Positions 34,967 to 44,786 of a stretch of DNA of 53,151 nt are shown here, piece after piece (the first letter of the stretch is position 1; each line of letters starts with the position of its first letter). The notes below the pieces were generated by a model, which saw only the letters and a list, made by a program, of their open reading frames with translations, made no database searches and was not told the origin of the DNA. Made by a program: the position numbers and the translations under genes. The DNA is taken from assembly GCA_005885325.1 (NCBI GenBank), contig VAYX01000015.1:1-53151 (forward strand). The letters are read 5' to 3'. The stretch is from Actinomycetota bacterium. Its GTDB lineage: Bacteria > Actinomycetota > UBA4738 > HRBIN12.

Positions 34967-35938
34967 GTGGAGACAGCTGTCGTCCACGAGGCCGACGAGG
35001 CCGCCGAATGCCGGCGCCTCGCCGAGCTTTTGAACCTCGACGCCGTGGGCCTCCTTCGAAGGGGCGCGTCCACCCGCAGGATCGCATGGTGGGCCGCGCC
35101 GGGATCGGGGCCACTTCCGCTTCACCTCGACGACGTGCTCGAAGGGCGGGCCGAGGGCTGGATCGCATGCCCCCGCGGTGACGACCTGGTGTTCGCCCGC
35201 CTCACGCCGAAATCTTCCGTCCGCTCTGTCGCGGCGCTGCGAGGGATGCTCTCCTCGCTCGCCGGCGACTTGCCCTCAGTTTCGGACGGTCTCGACGACC
35301 CATACGCGAGGGAGCGAACCCGGTGGGCCTATGCGATCCACGATGGCCTCACGCAGGTCGTGACGGCGTCGGTACTTGAGCTGGAATGGATGGCCAGGCG
35401 GGTCGAGCTCGACCCCACGCAGGTCACGGCGATCCTGGCCGAGGCGGCGACCGAGATGCGACGAGCCCTGGAGGAGATCCGCCGGATGCTGGCCGCCCTG
35501 TCGCCCGATGGATCGCCGCAGGAGGGATCGCCCCAGGAGGAACCGCTCGAGCTGGTCGTGCAGAAGGTGCTGGAGCGGTGGCGGCTTCCCGCCTCGTGGT
35601 CGATCGAGGGCGACCTCGGCGCCGTGCACGGTCCGGTGCTCCAGGCGGCCTCCTCGGTCATCAGGGAAGGGGTGGCCAACGCGGCCAAGCACTCGGCCTC
35701 GAAGGATGTGGCCGTGAGGGTCCAGGCGACACCTCAGCGCGTCGAGGTGCACGTGGAGGACCGGGGACGGGGCTTCCAGGCGTCCCCCCGCGAGCTGGAG
35801 GACGGCCATCTGGGCCTGGAGATGATGCGACGCCTGGTGGCGGAGGTGCGCGGCACCCTCGACATCGAATCGTCCCCGGGGCGTGGGACTCGGGTGGTCG
35901 CCCGGCTACCCGTCGACGAGCGAGGAGACGAACCGTGA
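34967..35938 (+). CDS. soluble sensor histidine kinase (HisKA_3 + HATPase_c; no TM segment)
   Basis: ERTRWAYAIHDGLTQ (H-box), N-box REGVANAAKHS, G-boxes DRGRGF and GHLGLEMM. GTG 34967 is preceded by GAAGGAAGG. The N-terminal roughly 110 aa has no hydrophobic helix. Confidence 0.85.
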   Translation: METAVVHEADEAAECRRLAELLNLDAVGLLRRGASTRRIAWWAAPGSGPLPLHLDDVLEGRAEGWIACPRGDDLVFARLTPKSSVRSVAALRGMLSSLAGDLPSVSDGLDDPYARERTRWAYAIHDGLTQVVTASVLELEWMARRVELDPTQVTAILAEAATEMRRALEEIRRMLAALSPDGSPQEGSPQEEPLELVVQKVLERWRLPASWSIEGDLGAVHGPVLQAASSVIREGVANAAKHSASKDVAVRVQATPQRVEVHVEDRGRGFQASPRELEDGHLGLEMMRRLVAEVRGTLDIESSPGRGTRVVARLPVDERGDEP

Positions 35939-36642
35939 GGATCATGATCGTTGACGATCACGCGCTGGTGCGTCGCGGCATGGCTCATGTCGTGCGCGAA
36001 TGCTTCGGCGACGCGGACGTCGAGGAGACGGCTGGGGCGGACGAGGCCCTTCGGGTGATGGAGGCCGACCCGGTCGACATCGCCCTCGTCGACGTGCGGA
36101 TGCCGAACACCGACGGCCTCGAGCTGCTTCACGATCTGCGGACGAGATGGCCCACGGTCCCCGTGATCGTGCTGACCACGTTCGACCATGCACATTACGT
36201 GCGGCGAGCCTTGGCCGAAGGCGCCGCGGGGTATCTGCTGAAGGACGCGACGCCGGAGGACCTGGAGCAGGCCATCAAGGTGGCGATCTCGGGTGGCGGA
36301 AACGTCCTGTCACCCAGGGTCATCCAGAACCTGTTCGACGCCATGGAGGTGGGAGGCGGCGACAAGAACGAGTCGCACAGCCGCCCCTCGACCAGCCTGA
36401 CGCAGCGAGAGACCGACATCCTGGCCCTGCTGGCCGAGGGAAAGAGCAACCGGGACATCTCCCGGGCCCTGTTCCTGTCCGAGAAGACCGTCAAGGCGCA
36501 CCTCGCCGCGGTCTTCCGGAAGCTCGGCGTGAGCAACCGGACGCAGGCCGCCATGGCTGCGGTATCGATGGGGATCGGTCCCACGCCGTTCGCGATGGAC
36601 CCGGAGGACGTCGAGCCCTCCAACGCAACGACTCATCGGTGA
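35935..36642 (+). CDS. NarL/LuxR-family response regulator
   Basis: IMIVDDHALVR..IALVDVRMPNTDG..VLTTF..YLLKD, plus the HTH LTQRETDILALLAEGKSNRDISRALFLSEKTVKAHL. The GTG overlaps the kinase stop (GTGA). Confidence 0.92.
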   Translation: MRIMIVDDHALVRRGMAHVVRECFGDADVEETAGADEALRVMEADPVDIALVDVRMPNTDGLELLHDLRTRWPTVPVIVLTTFDHAHYVRRALAEGAAGYLLKDATPEDLEQAIKVAISGGGNVLSPRVIQNLFDAMEVGGGDKNESHSRPSTSLTQRETDILALLAEGKSNRDISRALFLSEKTVKAHLAAVFRKLGVSNRTQAAMAAVSMGIGPTPFAMDPEDVEPSNATTHR

Positions 36643-36781
36643 CCCTCCCGTGGTCACCGGGATGCCGGCGGCTGTGAGCAGTGGATCCGGGCCCGCCCCG
36701 AACGACTCGGGTATGGCCGGGGATCGAAGGCGGGCGCCCCGATCGACGAGCGGGAACCGGACGGCCGGAGGCGGCAGATAG

Positions 36782-39700
36782 ATGGAGCGCAAGCAGGGTC
36801 TGATCGGTGGCCTCCTCGGCCAGAAGGGAGAGGATGGATCCGAGGGCCACGACGCCTCCTCCGGCAAGGCCGGGGGCTCCGATGCGGGCGGCTCCCCCCC
36901 GAAGGGCAAGCGAGTCGACGCGTACGAGGAGGACTGGTACCGGAGCTTGAAGGCGCTCGCCGAGCGCCGCGCCCAGATGGCCGAGGAGGACGACGAGGAG
37001 GCCCCCGCGGCATCCGAGCCCTCCGATGAGCCCCCATCCGACCAGGAGCCGCCGGCCGAGGAGGAGCTCGAGCAGCTTGCGGCCGAGATCGGGGAGCCCC
37101 CGGCCGAGGTCCTTGAACCGGACGCCGCCGCGCCGGAACCGTCGGAGCAGCCGGCTGCCGCCGCGCCCGAACCCTCGGACCAGCCCGTCGCAGCTGAGCT
37201 CGAGGCCGTCGAGGCGCCTCAGCCCGAGGATCCCGACAGCCCTGAGCCCGTCGAGCCGGTTCGCGCCGAAGCGGCCGAACCGGTCGAGGCGGTCGAGGCG
37301 GTCGAAGCGGTCGAGGCGGTCGAGGCGGTCGAAGCGGGCGAAGCGGTCGAATCGATCGAGGCAGTCGAAGCCGCCCACGCTGTCGAGGTTGTGGCCAGCT
37401 CGGAAGCCGAGATGGTCCCGATCGAGGCGCAGGCAGCCGCCCCCGAAGCGGAGCCCGAGTCAGAGCCCGAGCCAGAGCCCGCCGAGGCGTCGCTCAACGC
37501 TCGCGATCCCGAGCAGCGGCGCCTTGCCCTCCGGGAGCTCGCCGAGCGCGGCCTGGGCGACGGTGAGCTCGAGCAGGTCATGGGGTTGGTGCTCGACCCC
37601 GACCAGCAGGTCCGCCGGCTGGCTCTGGAGGTCCTGTCGACCCGGGCCGACCGCGTGGACGATGCCACCATCAGGCAGGCACTCATGGACCCGGCCGATC
37701 AGGTTCGGGCGACGGCGGTTCGATTGGCGGCCGAACGTGGATCTCGCGATCTCGTCCTCCTGGCTCCGTTGGTCGCCGCACGGCGCTGGCCGCTCACCCA
37801 GGCGGCGGCGCTCGACCTGCTCCCCGAGCTCCTGGCATCGACGTCGACCCTCGGCGAGACCGAGCTCGATCTCCTCCTCACCTCGATCGGCGAGATGGAC
37901 TCCCCCCCGACGATGGAGGAAGGGCCGTCGATCGCCCGGCTGAGCCGGGCCGCCGGCATCTCGCGCCTCGTCGGCAGCCTGTCGCTGCCCGACGTCAGGC
38001 GTCTGGGAGCCGTCCGGATCCTGGTCGAGGGCGAGGAGGCGCCCGAGATCCTTCGCGCGCTGGCAACCCTTGTCTCGGATCCGCTGGACGAGATCCGCGA
38101 GGTCGCGGAGGTCGCCGCGGACGCCATCGGGCGGACCGACGATCCCATCGGCGGATCGGAGTTCTTCGAAGACGCGCCCCTTGCTCCCGCGGAGGCCGAA
38201 CGCATCGCCTCGCTCGCCCGTTCGTTGCGCGATGCGGACGAGGCGGTCCGCCATCTGGCACGGTCGGGTCTGGGTGGGGTGGAGCGGAACCGGGTCCTCG
38301 CCTGGGCCCGCGAGGCTATGCACACGGGTGACCTGGATACGGCCTCCGCCGCAGCGGAGACCGTGGGTGCGCTTCGCCTTTACGAGATCGGGGTGGACAT
38401 CCTGAACCGCGCGATCGAGCTTCCACTCGAGGCGCGCGAGCCGTTCCTGAAGGCCCTGGCTCGGGTGCGGCTGGAGGACCTGGTCGGCCTGCTGGGGCAG
38501 GTCGACGAATCTCGCAAGCCCGAAGCGATCCGGGTGCTCTGGAACTCGTCCGGTCCGCCCGTCCTGCCCCACCTTCGGGCCCATCTCGACGACCCCTCGA
38601 TCCCGGTCCGTATGGCGGTCCTCGAGGTGATGGGTGAATCCGGCGACCCCAGCTGTGTCGACGTCGCGCGGTTCGTGCTGGAGACCGATCAATCGCCCCC
38701 CCTTCGAGCCGCAGCCGTCCGCGTGATCGCGCGGGCCAACATCGATGCCTCCGCCGCGATGACCCGCGCGATGGGCGACGCCGATCCGATCGTCCGGGCG
38801 GCGGCGCTGGAGGAGTTGACGCCCGACCTTGGTCGGGAGGCCGAACCTTTCCTTCTCCGCGGATTGTCCGACGGCGACGAACCGGTCCGGCGCGCCGCCA
38901 TGAACCAGCTCGCTTCGAGGGAGGACAACGACCACGAGTTCGTGTGGTCGGCCTTTCGCCAGTGCAGGCCGGAGGAGCGGAACGAGCTCGGCTCGGTGTT
39001 CTCCTACTCCAACCAGGCCGCCCTGACCGAGCTCGCCCTGATGCATTACGGCTCGCCGGACCATGAGGAACGGGTGCTCGCGCTGGAGCTCGCTGGATGG
39101 AGCAGGAGCCAGGCGTGCCTTGAGGCATCGATCCAGTCCCTCCAGGATCCCGTCCCCGCGGTGCGGGCGGCGGCCGCGGCGGCACTCGGGCGACTCCGCG
39201 ACACGTCTGCGGTGCGGGCGCTCGGCAATGCGATCGAGGACCCGTTCCCCGAGGTTCGGGTTGAGGCCGTGCGAGCCCTGGGCGTCATCGACGACGAGGC
39301 GGTGCTCGGATTCCTGGTGGCCGCGCTCCAAGATGCCGACGGCGGGGTCCGAACGGTTGCGAGTGAGGTCCTCACCCAGTGGAGCTCCCCCGCGGTGGCG
39401 AAGCGGCTGGCCGGTGTCCTGGCCGTTCCCAATCTGCGCGGTGCCGCCACTGAGCTCTTGAAGAAGATCGGCCCGTCGTCGCAGGAGCTGCTCATCGACG
39501 TGCTGCTCCACGGGAGCGCCGAGGTGGTGCCCATCGTGGGCGGCTTGCTCGGCGACATCGTCGGGGTCGACCGGCTCGCCGGGCGACTGGGCTCCACGGA
39601 GGCCGACACCCGCCTGCGAGCGGTCGAAGGGATCGGTGCGATCGGCGGACCCGAGGCCATCGACGCCCTGATCGGCGTGCTCTCAGACCCGGACGAGCGC

Positions 39701-39865
39701 ATCCGGCTCCGCGCCACGCGGTTCCTGGCGGCACTGGGGGATCCGCGGGGGGCGCAAGCCATCGTCGATGCCGCGCTCAACGACCCCGTGCCGGAAATCG
39801 TCGCCGCAGCCGAGGAAGCGCTCATCCGGCTGGGCGTCCGCTCGGGCGACCCTCAAGTCGCCTGA
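36782..39865 (+). CDS. 1027-aa HEAT (PBS-lyase type) repeat protein with roughly 230-aa acidic low-complexity N-terminal region
   Basis: At least 14 repeats of the D-P/A-D-x-x-V-R-x-x-A-x-x-x-L type (e.g. DPDQQVRRLALEVL, DPADQVRATAVRLA, DADPIVRAAALEEL, DPVPAVRAAAAAAL, DPFPEVRVEAVRAL, DPDERIRLRATRFL). The N-terminus is rich in E/P/A with (E-A-V)n. GGAGG lies 10 nt before the ATG. Confidence 0.85.
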   Translation: MERKQGLIGGLLGQKGEDGSEGHDASSGKAGGSDAGGSPPKGKRVDAYEEDWYRSLKALAERRAQMAEEDDEEAPAASEPSDEPPSDQEPPAEEELEQLAAEIGEPPAEVLEPDAAAPEPSEQPAAAAPEPSDQPVAAELEAVEAPQPEDPDSPEPVEPVRAEAAEPVEAVEAVEAVEAVEAVEAGEAVESIEAVEAAHAVEVVASSEAEMVPIEAQAAAPEAEPESEPEPEPAEASLNARDPEQRRLALRELAERGLGDGELEQVMGLVLDPDQQVRRLALEVLSTRADRVDDATIRQALMDPADQVRATAVRLAAERGSRDLVLLAPLVAARRWPLTQAAALDLLPELLASTSTLGETELDLLLTSIGEMDSPPTMEEGPSIARLSRAAGISRLVGSLSLPDVRRLGAVRILVEGEEAPEILRALATLVSDPLDEIREVAEVAADAIGRTDDPIGGSEFFEDAPLAPAEAERIASLARSLRDADEAVRHLARSGLGGVERNRVLAWAREAMHTGDLDTASAAAETVGALRLYEIGVDILNRAIELPLEAREPFLKALARVRLEDLVGLLGQVDESRKPEAIRVLWNSSGPPVLPHLRAHLDDPSIPVRMAVLEVMGESGDPSCVDVARFVLETDQSPPLRAAAVRVIARANIDASAAMTRAMGDADPIVRAAALEELTPDLGREAEPFLLRGLSDGDEPVRRAAMNQLASREDNDHEFVWSAFRQCRPEERNELGSVFSYSNQAALTELALMHYGSPDHEERVLALELAGWSRSQACLEASIQSLQDPVPAVRAAAAAALGRLRDTSAVRALGNAIEDPFPEVRVEAVRALGVIDDEAVLGFLVAALQDADGGVRTVASEVLTQWSSPAVAKRLAGVLAVPNLRGAATELLKKIGPSSQELLIDVLLHGSAEVVPIVGGLLGDIVGVDRLAGRLGSTEADTRLRAVEGIGAIGGPEAIDALIGVLSDPDERIRLRATRFLAALGDPRGAQAIVDAALNDPVPEIVAAAEEALIRLGVRSGDPQVA
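37283..37372. repeat. 9-bp tandem repeat (about 10 units; 27-bp higher-order period), in-frame, coding (V-E-A)n
   Basis: gtcgaggcg gtcgaggcg gtcgaagcg gtcgaggcg gtcgaggcg gtcgaagcg ggcgaagcg gtcgaatcg atcgaggca gtcgaagcc. Confidence 0.9.
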
Positions 39866-39887
39866 GCGGGAAGCGCCGCCTGCGGCG

Positions 39888-40466
39888 TCAACTGGGCTCG
39901 GGCTCGCCGAACTCCTCGAAGAACCGGCTGGCCGTGGGGCCTCGCTGCCCCTGGTACTTGCTCCGCGTCTCGGTAGACCCGTAGGGCCGCTCCGCGGGCG
40001 TCGTCAGCCGGAAGAACGAGATCTGTCCGATCTTCATCCCCGGGTAGATCGTGATGGGGAGGTTGGCCACGTTCGACAGCTCGAGCGTGAGGTAGCCGTC
40101 CCATCCGGGATCGACGTACCCCGCGGTCGAGTGGATCAGCAGGCCGAGTCGTCCGAGCGAGGACTTCCCCTCGAGCCGCGCCACCATGTCGTCGGGGATG
40201 GCCACGCGCTCGAGGGTCGACCCCAGCACGAACTCGCCGGGGTGGAGGATGAACGGGTCGGGTTCGGCGACCTCGACGACCTCGGTGAGCCCGGGCATCT
40301 CCTTCTTCACGTCGATGTAGGGATACCGAGAGTTGGCGAAGACCCGGAACCGGTTGTCGACGTGGAGGTCGACTGAGGACGGCTGGATCGAGGCCGGGTC
40401 GAACGGGTCGATCACGATCCGGCCCGATTCGATCTCCTTTCGGATGTCGATGTCCGAGAGGATCAT
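39888..40466 (-). CDS. dcd: dCTP deaminase
   Basis: [23 protein letters not shown] and the SS.GR.G pattern ([12 protein letters not shown]). The track ORF extension to 40658 is rejected. Confidence 0.92.
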   Translation of the reverse strand: MILSDIDIRKEIESGRIVIDPFDPASIQPSSVDLHVDNRFRVFANSRYPYIDVKKEMPGLTEVVEVAEPDPFILHPGEFVLGSTLERVAIPDDMVARLEGKSSLGRLGLLIHSTAGYVDPGWDGYLTLELSNVANLPITIYPGMKIGQISFFRLTTPAERPYGSTETRSKYQGQRGPTASRFFEEFGEPEPS

Positions 40467-40518
40467 CGCCGCGATGCTACCGGGTCGGACGGGTCGGAGG
40501 ACTTGCCAGCGTCGCCGG

Positions 40519-41562
40519 TCACCCCGCTCGCTGTGAGACCTCGACCCATCGCTCGAGCGCTCCGGCGGCGGCGCCGGAGTCGATCGATTCGGCGGCCGCG
40601 GCCATCCCGTCCCGGATGTTCGCCGCGCGTCCCGCCACCTCCAGCGCGGCGCCGGCATTCAGGAGCACCACGTCGCGCGGCGGTCCGTGCTCGCCCGCGA
40701 GCACGGACCGCGCGATGCCCGCGTTCGTCTGGGCGTCCCCACCCTTCAGGTCGCCGTCCCCGGCCCGGGGCAGGCCGAGGTCCCCGGGATCGAGGAGTCG
40801 CTCCTTCACGTCCCCGTCCGCGGTCTCGTAGACCGTGGACGGCCCGGTGGTGGTGAGCTCGTCCAGGCCGTCCTGGCCTCGGAAGACCTTGGCCCTGATC
40901 CTCCGACGGGCCAGGACCTCCGCGACGAGCGGCAGCATCCGAAGGTCGGACACCCCCACGACCTGGGCGTGCGGCCGAGCGGGGTTCGTGAGGGGCCCGA
41001 GGAAGTTGAACGCCGTGGGCACGCGGAGCTCACGGCGGACCGGCGCGGCATGCGCAGCGCCCGGATGGAAGACGGGAGCGAACATGAAGGCGATCCCCGC
41101 CTCGGTCAGGCATCGCTCGACCCCGTCCGCCCCGAGGTCGATCCGAACGCCGAGCGCCTCGAGCAGATCCGCCGACCCACAGTGCGAGGAGGCGGCGCGG
41201 TTGCCGTGCTTGGCCACGACGGCCCCGGCGCCCGCGGCGACGATGGCCGCGAGCGTGGAGATGTTGAAGGTGTCCGAGCGGTCGCCTCCGGTCCCGCACG
41301 TGTCGACGACAGGTTCGGCGCACCGGACCGGCTGCGCCATCTCGAGCGCCGTACGGGACAGCCCCTCGATCTCATCGACGGTCTCTCCCTTGGTGCGAAG
41401 GGCCATCAGGAACCCACCGACCTGGGCAGGCGTGGCGTTTCCCTCCATGATTGCCAGCATGGCCCGAGCGGCCTGCTCGGTGGAGAGCGATTGCCCGCCG
41501 GTCAGCCGGATGAGGAGGCTCGGCCAGAAGCTGGGGTCCTGCGAGGCAACCTCGTCCTGCAT
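40519..41562 (-). CDS. trpD: anthranilate phosphoribosyltransferase
   Basis: [26 protein letters not shown] and GPLTNPA. Confidence 0.93.
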   Translation of the reverse strand: MQDEVASQDPSFWPSLLIRLTGGQSLSTEQAARAMLAIMEGNATPAQVGGFLMALRTKGETVDEIEGLSRTALEMAQPVRCAEPVVDTCGTGGDRSDTFNISTLAAIVAAGAGAVVAKHGNRAASSHCGSADLLEALGVRIDLGADGVERCLTEAGIAFMFAPVFHPGAAHAAPVRRELRVPTAFNFLGPLTNPARPHAQVVGVSDLRMLPLVAEVLARRRIRAKVFRGQDGLDELTTTGPSTVYETADGDVKERLLDPGDLGLPRAGDGDLKGGDAQTNAGIARSVLAGEHGPPRDVVLLNAGAALEVAGRAANIRDGMAAAAESIDSGAAAGALERWVEVSQRAG

Positions 41563-41688
41563 GGGAGCAGGAACGCTAGCAGGTCACTCGAAGGCCGAAA
41601 CCCCGGGCGCGATGCAGCCGAGAGCGCGTCGCCCCGACGCCTCGATACACTGGCCGATCGTGGCCGGGCGACCGGCCGGTGGCGCGAT

Positions 41689-41762
41689 GCGGGCGTGGTT
41701 CAATGGCAGAACGTGAGCTTCCCAAGCTCGAGACGGGGGTTCGATTCCCCTCGCCCGCTCCA
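41689..41762 (+). tRNA. tRNA-Gly (anticodon CCC), CCA encoded
   Basis: Acceptor GCGGGCG/CGCCCGC; D arm GTTC-AATGGCA-GAAC; anticodon stem TGAGC/GCTCG with loop TTCCCAA; T arm GGGGG-TTCGATT-CCCCT; then T-CCA. Confidence 0.95.
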
Positions 41763-41786
41763 TCCACGTAGGCAGCATACGGGCGC

Positions 41787-42464
41787 TCAGGCCTTCACCC
41801 CGAGGATCGTGGGCGCGGTGGGGCACAGGTCGGCGAGGGGACAGACCTCGCACCTTGGCCGGCCGGGCTTGCAGATGTCTCGGCCCAGGCGGATCAGACC
41901 GACGTGCATGGCCACCCGGATGTCGGGTGGCGTGATCGCCTCCAGGATGTCGTGCGCCCTGGCCGCGGATGCCTTCGACGGGAGCAAGCCCAGGCGGCCA
42001 GCCACGCGATGGACGTGCGTGTCGACGGGGAAGGCCGGACGATCCAGCGAGAAGGCCAGCACGACCGCCGCCGTCTTCGGCCCGACCCCGGGGAGCGAGG
42101 TCAGGTAGTCGCGCGCCTCCGCATCGGTCGCGGCTCGAAGGAAGGACAGGTCGAGGTGCCCCTCCCGTTCCTCGATGGCGCGCAGGATGGCCAGGATGCG
42201 CGGCGCCTTCACGTTCGACAGGCCGCCGGAACGGATCGCGGCGGCCACCTCCGACGGGCGCGCCCGGGCCAACGCATCCCACGTGGGGAACCGGGCCCGG
42301 AGCGACTCGTAAGCCCGGAAGCTGTTGACGTCGCTCGTGTTCTGCGAGAGCACGGTGAGGACCAGCTCCTCCAGCGGATCGCTCCGCCGGGGCGGCTCGA
42401 GGGAGCCGAAGTGCTTCAGGAGCCTCCGGTGGATGGCGCGGACGCGACGGACGTCGGCCGTCAT
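41787..42464 (-). CDS. nth: endonuclease III
   Basis: HhH-GPD motif LPGVGPKTAAVV..D and the [4Fe-4S] loop CKPGRPRCEVCPLADLC. The true start is ATG 42464; the track ORF to 43091 overlaps dnaB. Confidence 0.92.
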   Translation of the reverse strand: MTADVRRVRAIHRRLLKHFGSLEPPRRSDPLEELVLTVLSQNTSDVNSFRAYESLRARFPTWDALARARPSEVAAAIRSGGLSNVKAPRILAILRAIEEREGHLDLSFLRAATDAEARDYLTSLPGVGPKTAAVVLAFSLDRPAFPVDTHVHRVAGRLGLLPSKASAARAHDILEAITPPDIRVAMHVGLIRLGRDICKPGRPRCEVCPLADLCPTAPTILGVKA

Positions 42465-42490
42465 GCCCTGCAGCCTATGGCCGGAGGCGG

Positions 42491-43864
42491 CTAGGCAGAC
42501 GCCGGCGCGTAATTCCGGAACTGCGTGAGATGGGGAAGGAAGGTCACCGGGACCGTATCGGTCGGCCCGTTCCGGTGCTTGGCCACGATGAGGTCCGCCA
42601 GTCCCTTCTTCGCCGGGTCGGAGTCGTCGCGATGGATGAACATGACGACGTCGGAATCCTGCTCGATCGCACCCGATTCGCGGAGGTCCGAGAGCTGGGG
42701 GCGCTTGTCCTGCCGCCGCTCGGGGTCCCGGTTCAGCTGGGAGACCGCGATGACCGGGATCTTCAGCTCCTTGGCCAGGAGCTTGAGGCTCCGGGTGATC
42801 TCGGCGATCTCCTGCTGGCGGTTGTCCACCCTGCGGTGGTGCGACATCAGCTGGAGGTAGTCCACGATGATGAGCCCCAGGCCGTTCCGGCGGGCTGAGA
42901 GCCGCCGGGCCTTGGCCCGGATGTCGACGATCGTGACGTTGCCCGAGTCCACGATCGACAGCGGCGCGTCGTGCAGGACCTCCGCGGCCTGCACGACGCG
43001 CGACCAGTCGTCGGCCCCCACGCGGCGGCCCCGGATCCGGTCCCATGGGACGCCGGCCTCGCCGCACAGCAGCCGCATCCCGATCTCCCACCTCGACATC
43101 TCGAGGGAGAACATCGCCACCGGCACCCGTGACTCGACCGCCGCGTTCCTGGCGACGTTGGTGGCGAACGAGGACTTCCCCACTCCGGGACGGGCCGCCA
43201 CGATCACGAGGTTTCCCTGCTGCAGGCCCGACAGGAGCTCGTCCAGGTCCCGGAAGCCGGTCGGCAGGCCGGCGAAGGCCGACTCCCGATTCTGGATCTG
43301 CTCCAGGTCGGTCATGGCCTGGTCGACCAGCTCCCGCAGGGAGGCCACCTGGTCCTTCTCGTCGTGGCGGGCCACGTCGTAGATGCGCTGCTCGGCCTCG
43401 TCTGCCACCCGCTCGGGATCCTCGGGTGCCGAGTACCCCATCTCCATGATGTCGCCCGCCGCCTGGATCAGCCGACGCAGCAGCGCATGTTGCGCGACGA
43501 TCCGCGCGTAGTTGCCGGCCGCGGCCGGCGTCGGCACCTGCTCGACGAGCTCGTGGATGTACAGGTGCCCGCCGACCTGTTCCAGCACACTGCGGCGCCG
43601 GAGCTCCTCGACGGCGGTGATGGCGTCGACCGGGTCGCCCCGCCCGTAGATCCCCCGAAGGGTGTCGAAGATCGTGCCGTTCGCCGACTTGTAGAAGTCC
43701 TCGGGCTTGACCACCTCGACGACGTCGGCGATGGCCTCGGTCGAGAGCATCATGGCGCCGAGGACCGACTCCTCGGCCTCCAGGTTGTGGGGCGGGACCC
43801 GTTCGGGTCGGAGACGGCGGACGTCGTCAGCTCTCGTCGCCAACGATCCCCCTCTCCCGGACAC
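42491..43864 (-). CDS. dnaB: replicative DNA helicase DnaB (no intein)
   Basis: PPHNLEAEESVLGAMML, Walker A ARPGVGKS, IIVDYLQLM. GTG start. Normal length of 457 aa. Confidence 0.95.
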   Translation of the reverse strand: MSGRGGSLATRADDVRRLRPERVPPHNLEAEESVLGAMMLSTEAIADVVEVVKPEDFYKSANGTIFDTLRGIYGRGDPVDAITAVEELRRRSVLEQVGGHLYIHELVEQVPTPAAAGNYARIVAQHALLRRLIQAAGDIMEMGYSAPEDPERVADEAEQRIYDVARHDEKDQVASLRELVDQAMTDLEQIQNRESAFAGLPTGFRDLDELLSGLQQGNLVIVAARPGVGKSSFATNVARNAAVESRVPVAMFSLEMSRWEIGMRLLCGEAGVPWDRIRGRRVGADDWSRVVQAAEVLHDAPLSIVDSGNVTIVDIRAKARRLSARRNGLGLIIVDYLQLMSHHRRVDNRQQEIAEITRSLKLLAKELKIPVIAVSQLNRDPERRQDKRPQLSDLRESGAIEQDSDVVMFIHRDDSDPAKKGLADLIVAKHRNGPTDTVPVTFLPHLTQFRNYAPASA

Positions 43865-44029
43865 CCAACGGCGAGATGCCGACCCTAGATGCGGGAGCCT
43901 CCCGAGTCACGGGGAAAACCCTTGTGGATTCCACCACCCCAGGTACGCACGGAAACTTTGTTGTCACACCCACCTCCACCTGCCACGGGACCTGTGGAAA
44001 ACGCCGTGGAGACATGTGTACAGGAGGGT

Positions 44030-44047
44030 AATGACAAACCTGTCATT
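44030..44047. other. perfect 7-bp inverted repeat AATGACA-N4-TGTCATT just downstream of rplI and upstream of dnaB
   Basis: Read directly from the sequence. It lies in the least GC-rich intergenic stretch of the window, next to overlapping ACATGT/TGTACA palindromes (44012-44022). Confidence 0.6.
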
Positions 44048-44067
44048 CGAGGGATGGGGGCCGGGCG

Positions 44068-44517
44068 CTATTCGGCGGGTTCGACCTCGACCGGGACGAC
44101 GGGGTCGACGTCGGCGAACAGGTGCACCCTCACCTCGTGGACCCCGATGCTTCGGATGGGCTCGTCCAGGTGGACGTCGTGGCGGTCCACCTTCACCCCG
44201 GTCTGTCGCTCGATCTCCTCCGCGAGCTCGGAGGCCGTCACGCTGCCGAACAGCCGGCCCTCCTCGCCCACCCGGGCCCTCACCTTGATCGGGCTCGCGG
44301 TCAGCCGGTCGGCCACCTCCTGGGCTTCCCTCTGCTCCAGCGAAACCCGGGTGGCATGGGCCCGCTTGAGGCTCTCGACGTGCTTGACCCCGCCCTTGGA
44401 CGCTCTGACCGCGAGGCCCCGAGGCATCAGGTAGTTCCGGGCATAGCCGTCGGCGACGTCGACCACGTCCCCAGGCACGCCGAGCTTGTCGACGGACTTC
44501 TGGAGGATGACCTTCAT
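44068..44517 (-). CDS. rplI: 50S ribosomal protein L9
   Basis: [36 protein letters not shown]. Confidence 0.95.
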   Translation of the reverse strand: MKVILQKSVDKLGVPGDVVDVADGYARNYLMPRGLAVRASKGGVKHVESLKRAHATRVSLEQREAQEVADRLTASPIKVRARVGEEGRLFGSVTASELAEEIERQTGVKVDRHDVHLDEPIRSIGVHEVRVHLFADVDPVVPVEVEPAE

Positions 44518-44786
44518 CGACTGGAGTACGGAAGGAGCGCCATCTCGCGGGCGTTCTTGACTGCCACGGCCACGTCCCGCTGATGCTGGGCGCAGTTGCC
44601 GGTCACCCGACGGGCACGGATCTTGCCCCGCTCGGAGACGAACTTGCGCAGCACCATGACGTCCTTGTAGTCGACGTACTCGATCCGGTCCTTGCAGAAG
44701 ATGCAGACCTTCCGCTTCTGCTTCTTCTGCCAGGCCTTCTCTTCCTTTTCCTTCCTCGGCGGTCGCTTCTTTGTCTTAGGGGGCAT
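44514..44786 (-). CDS. rpsR: 30S ribosomal protein S18
   Basis: [43 protein letters not shown]. Confidence 0.95.
   Translation of the reverse strand: MPPKTKKRPPRKEKEEKAWQKKQKRKVCIFCKDRIEYVDYKDVMVLRKFVSERGKIRARRVTGNCAQHQRDVAVAVKNAREMALLPYSSR

Noticed and set aside
37283-37372. Possible CRISPR-like or other non-coding repeat array.
   Set aside because: The units are 9 bp and contiguous with no spacers. They are in frame inside a long ORF and encode (V-E-A)n, so this is a coding microsatellite and not a CRISPR array.
42491-43864. Possible intein in dnaB, which is common in Actinobacteria and cyanobacteria.
   Set aside because: The protein has the normal length of 457 aa, with contiguous helicase motifs and no insertion.
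43865-44067. Possible chromosomal replication origin.
   Set aside because: Only two imperfect DnaA-box-like 9-mers are present, with no AT-rich unwinding element and no dnaA/dnaN neighbours. This is insufficient for oriC, so I kept it only as a possible regulatory site.
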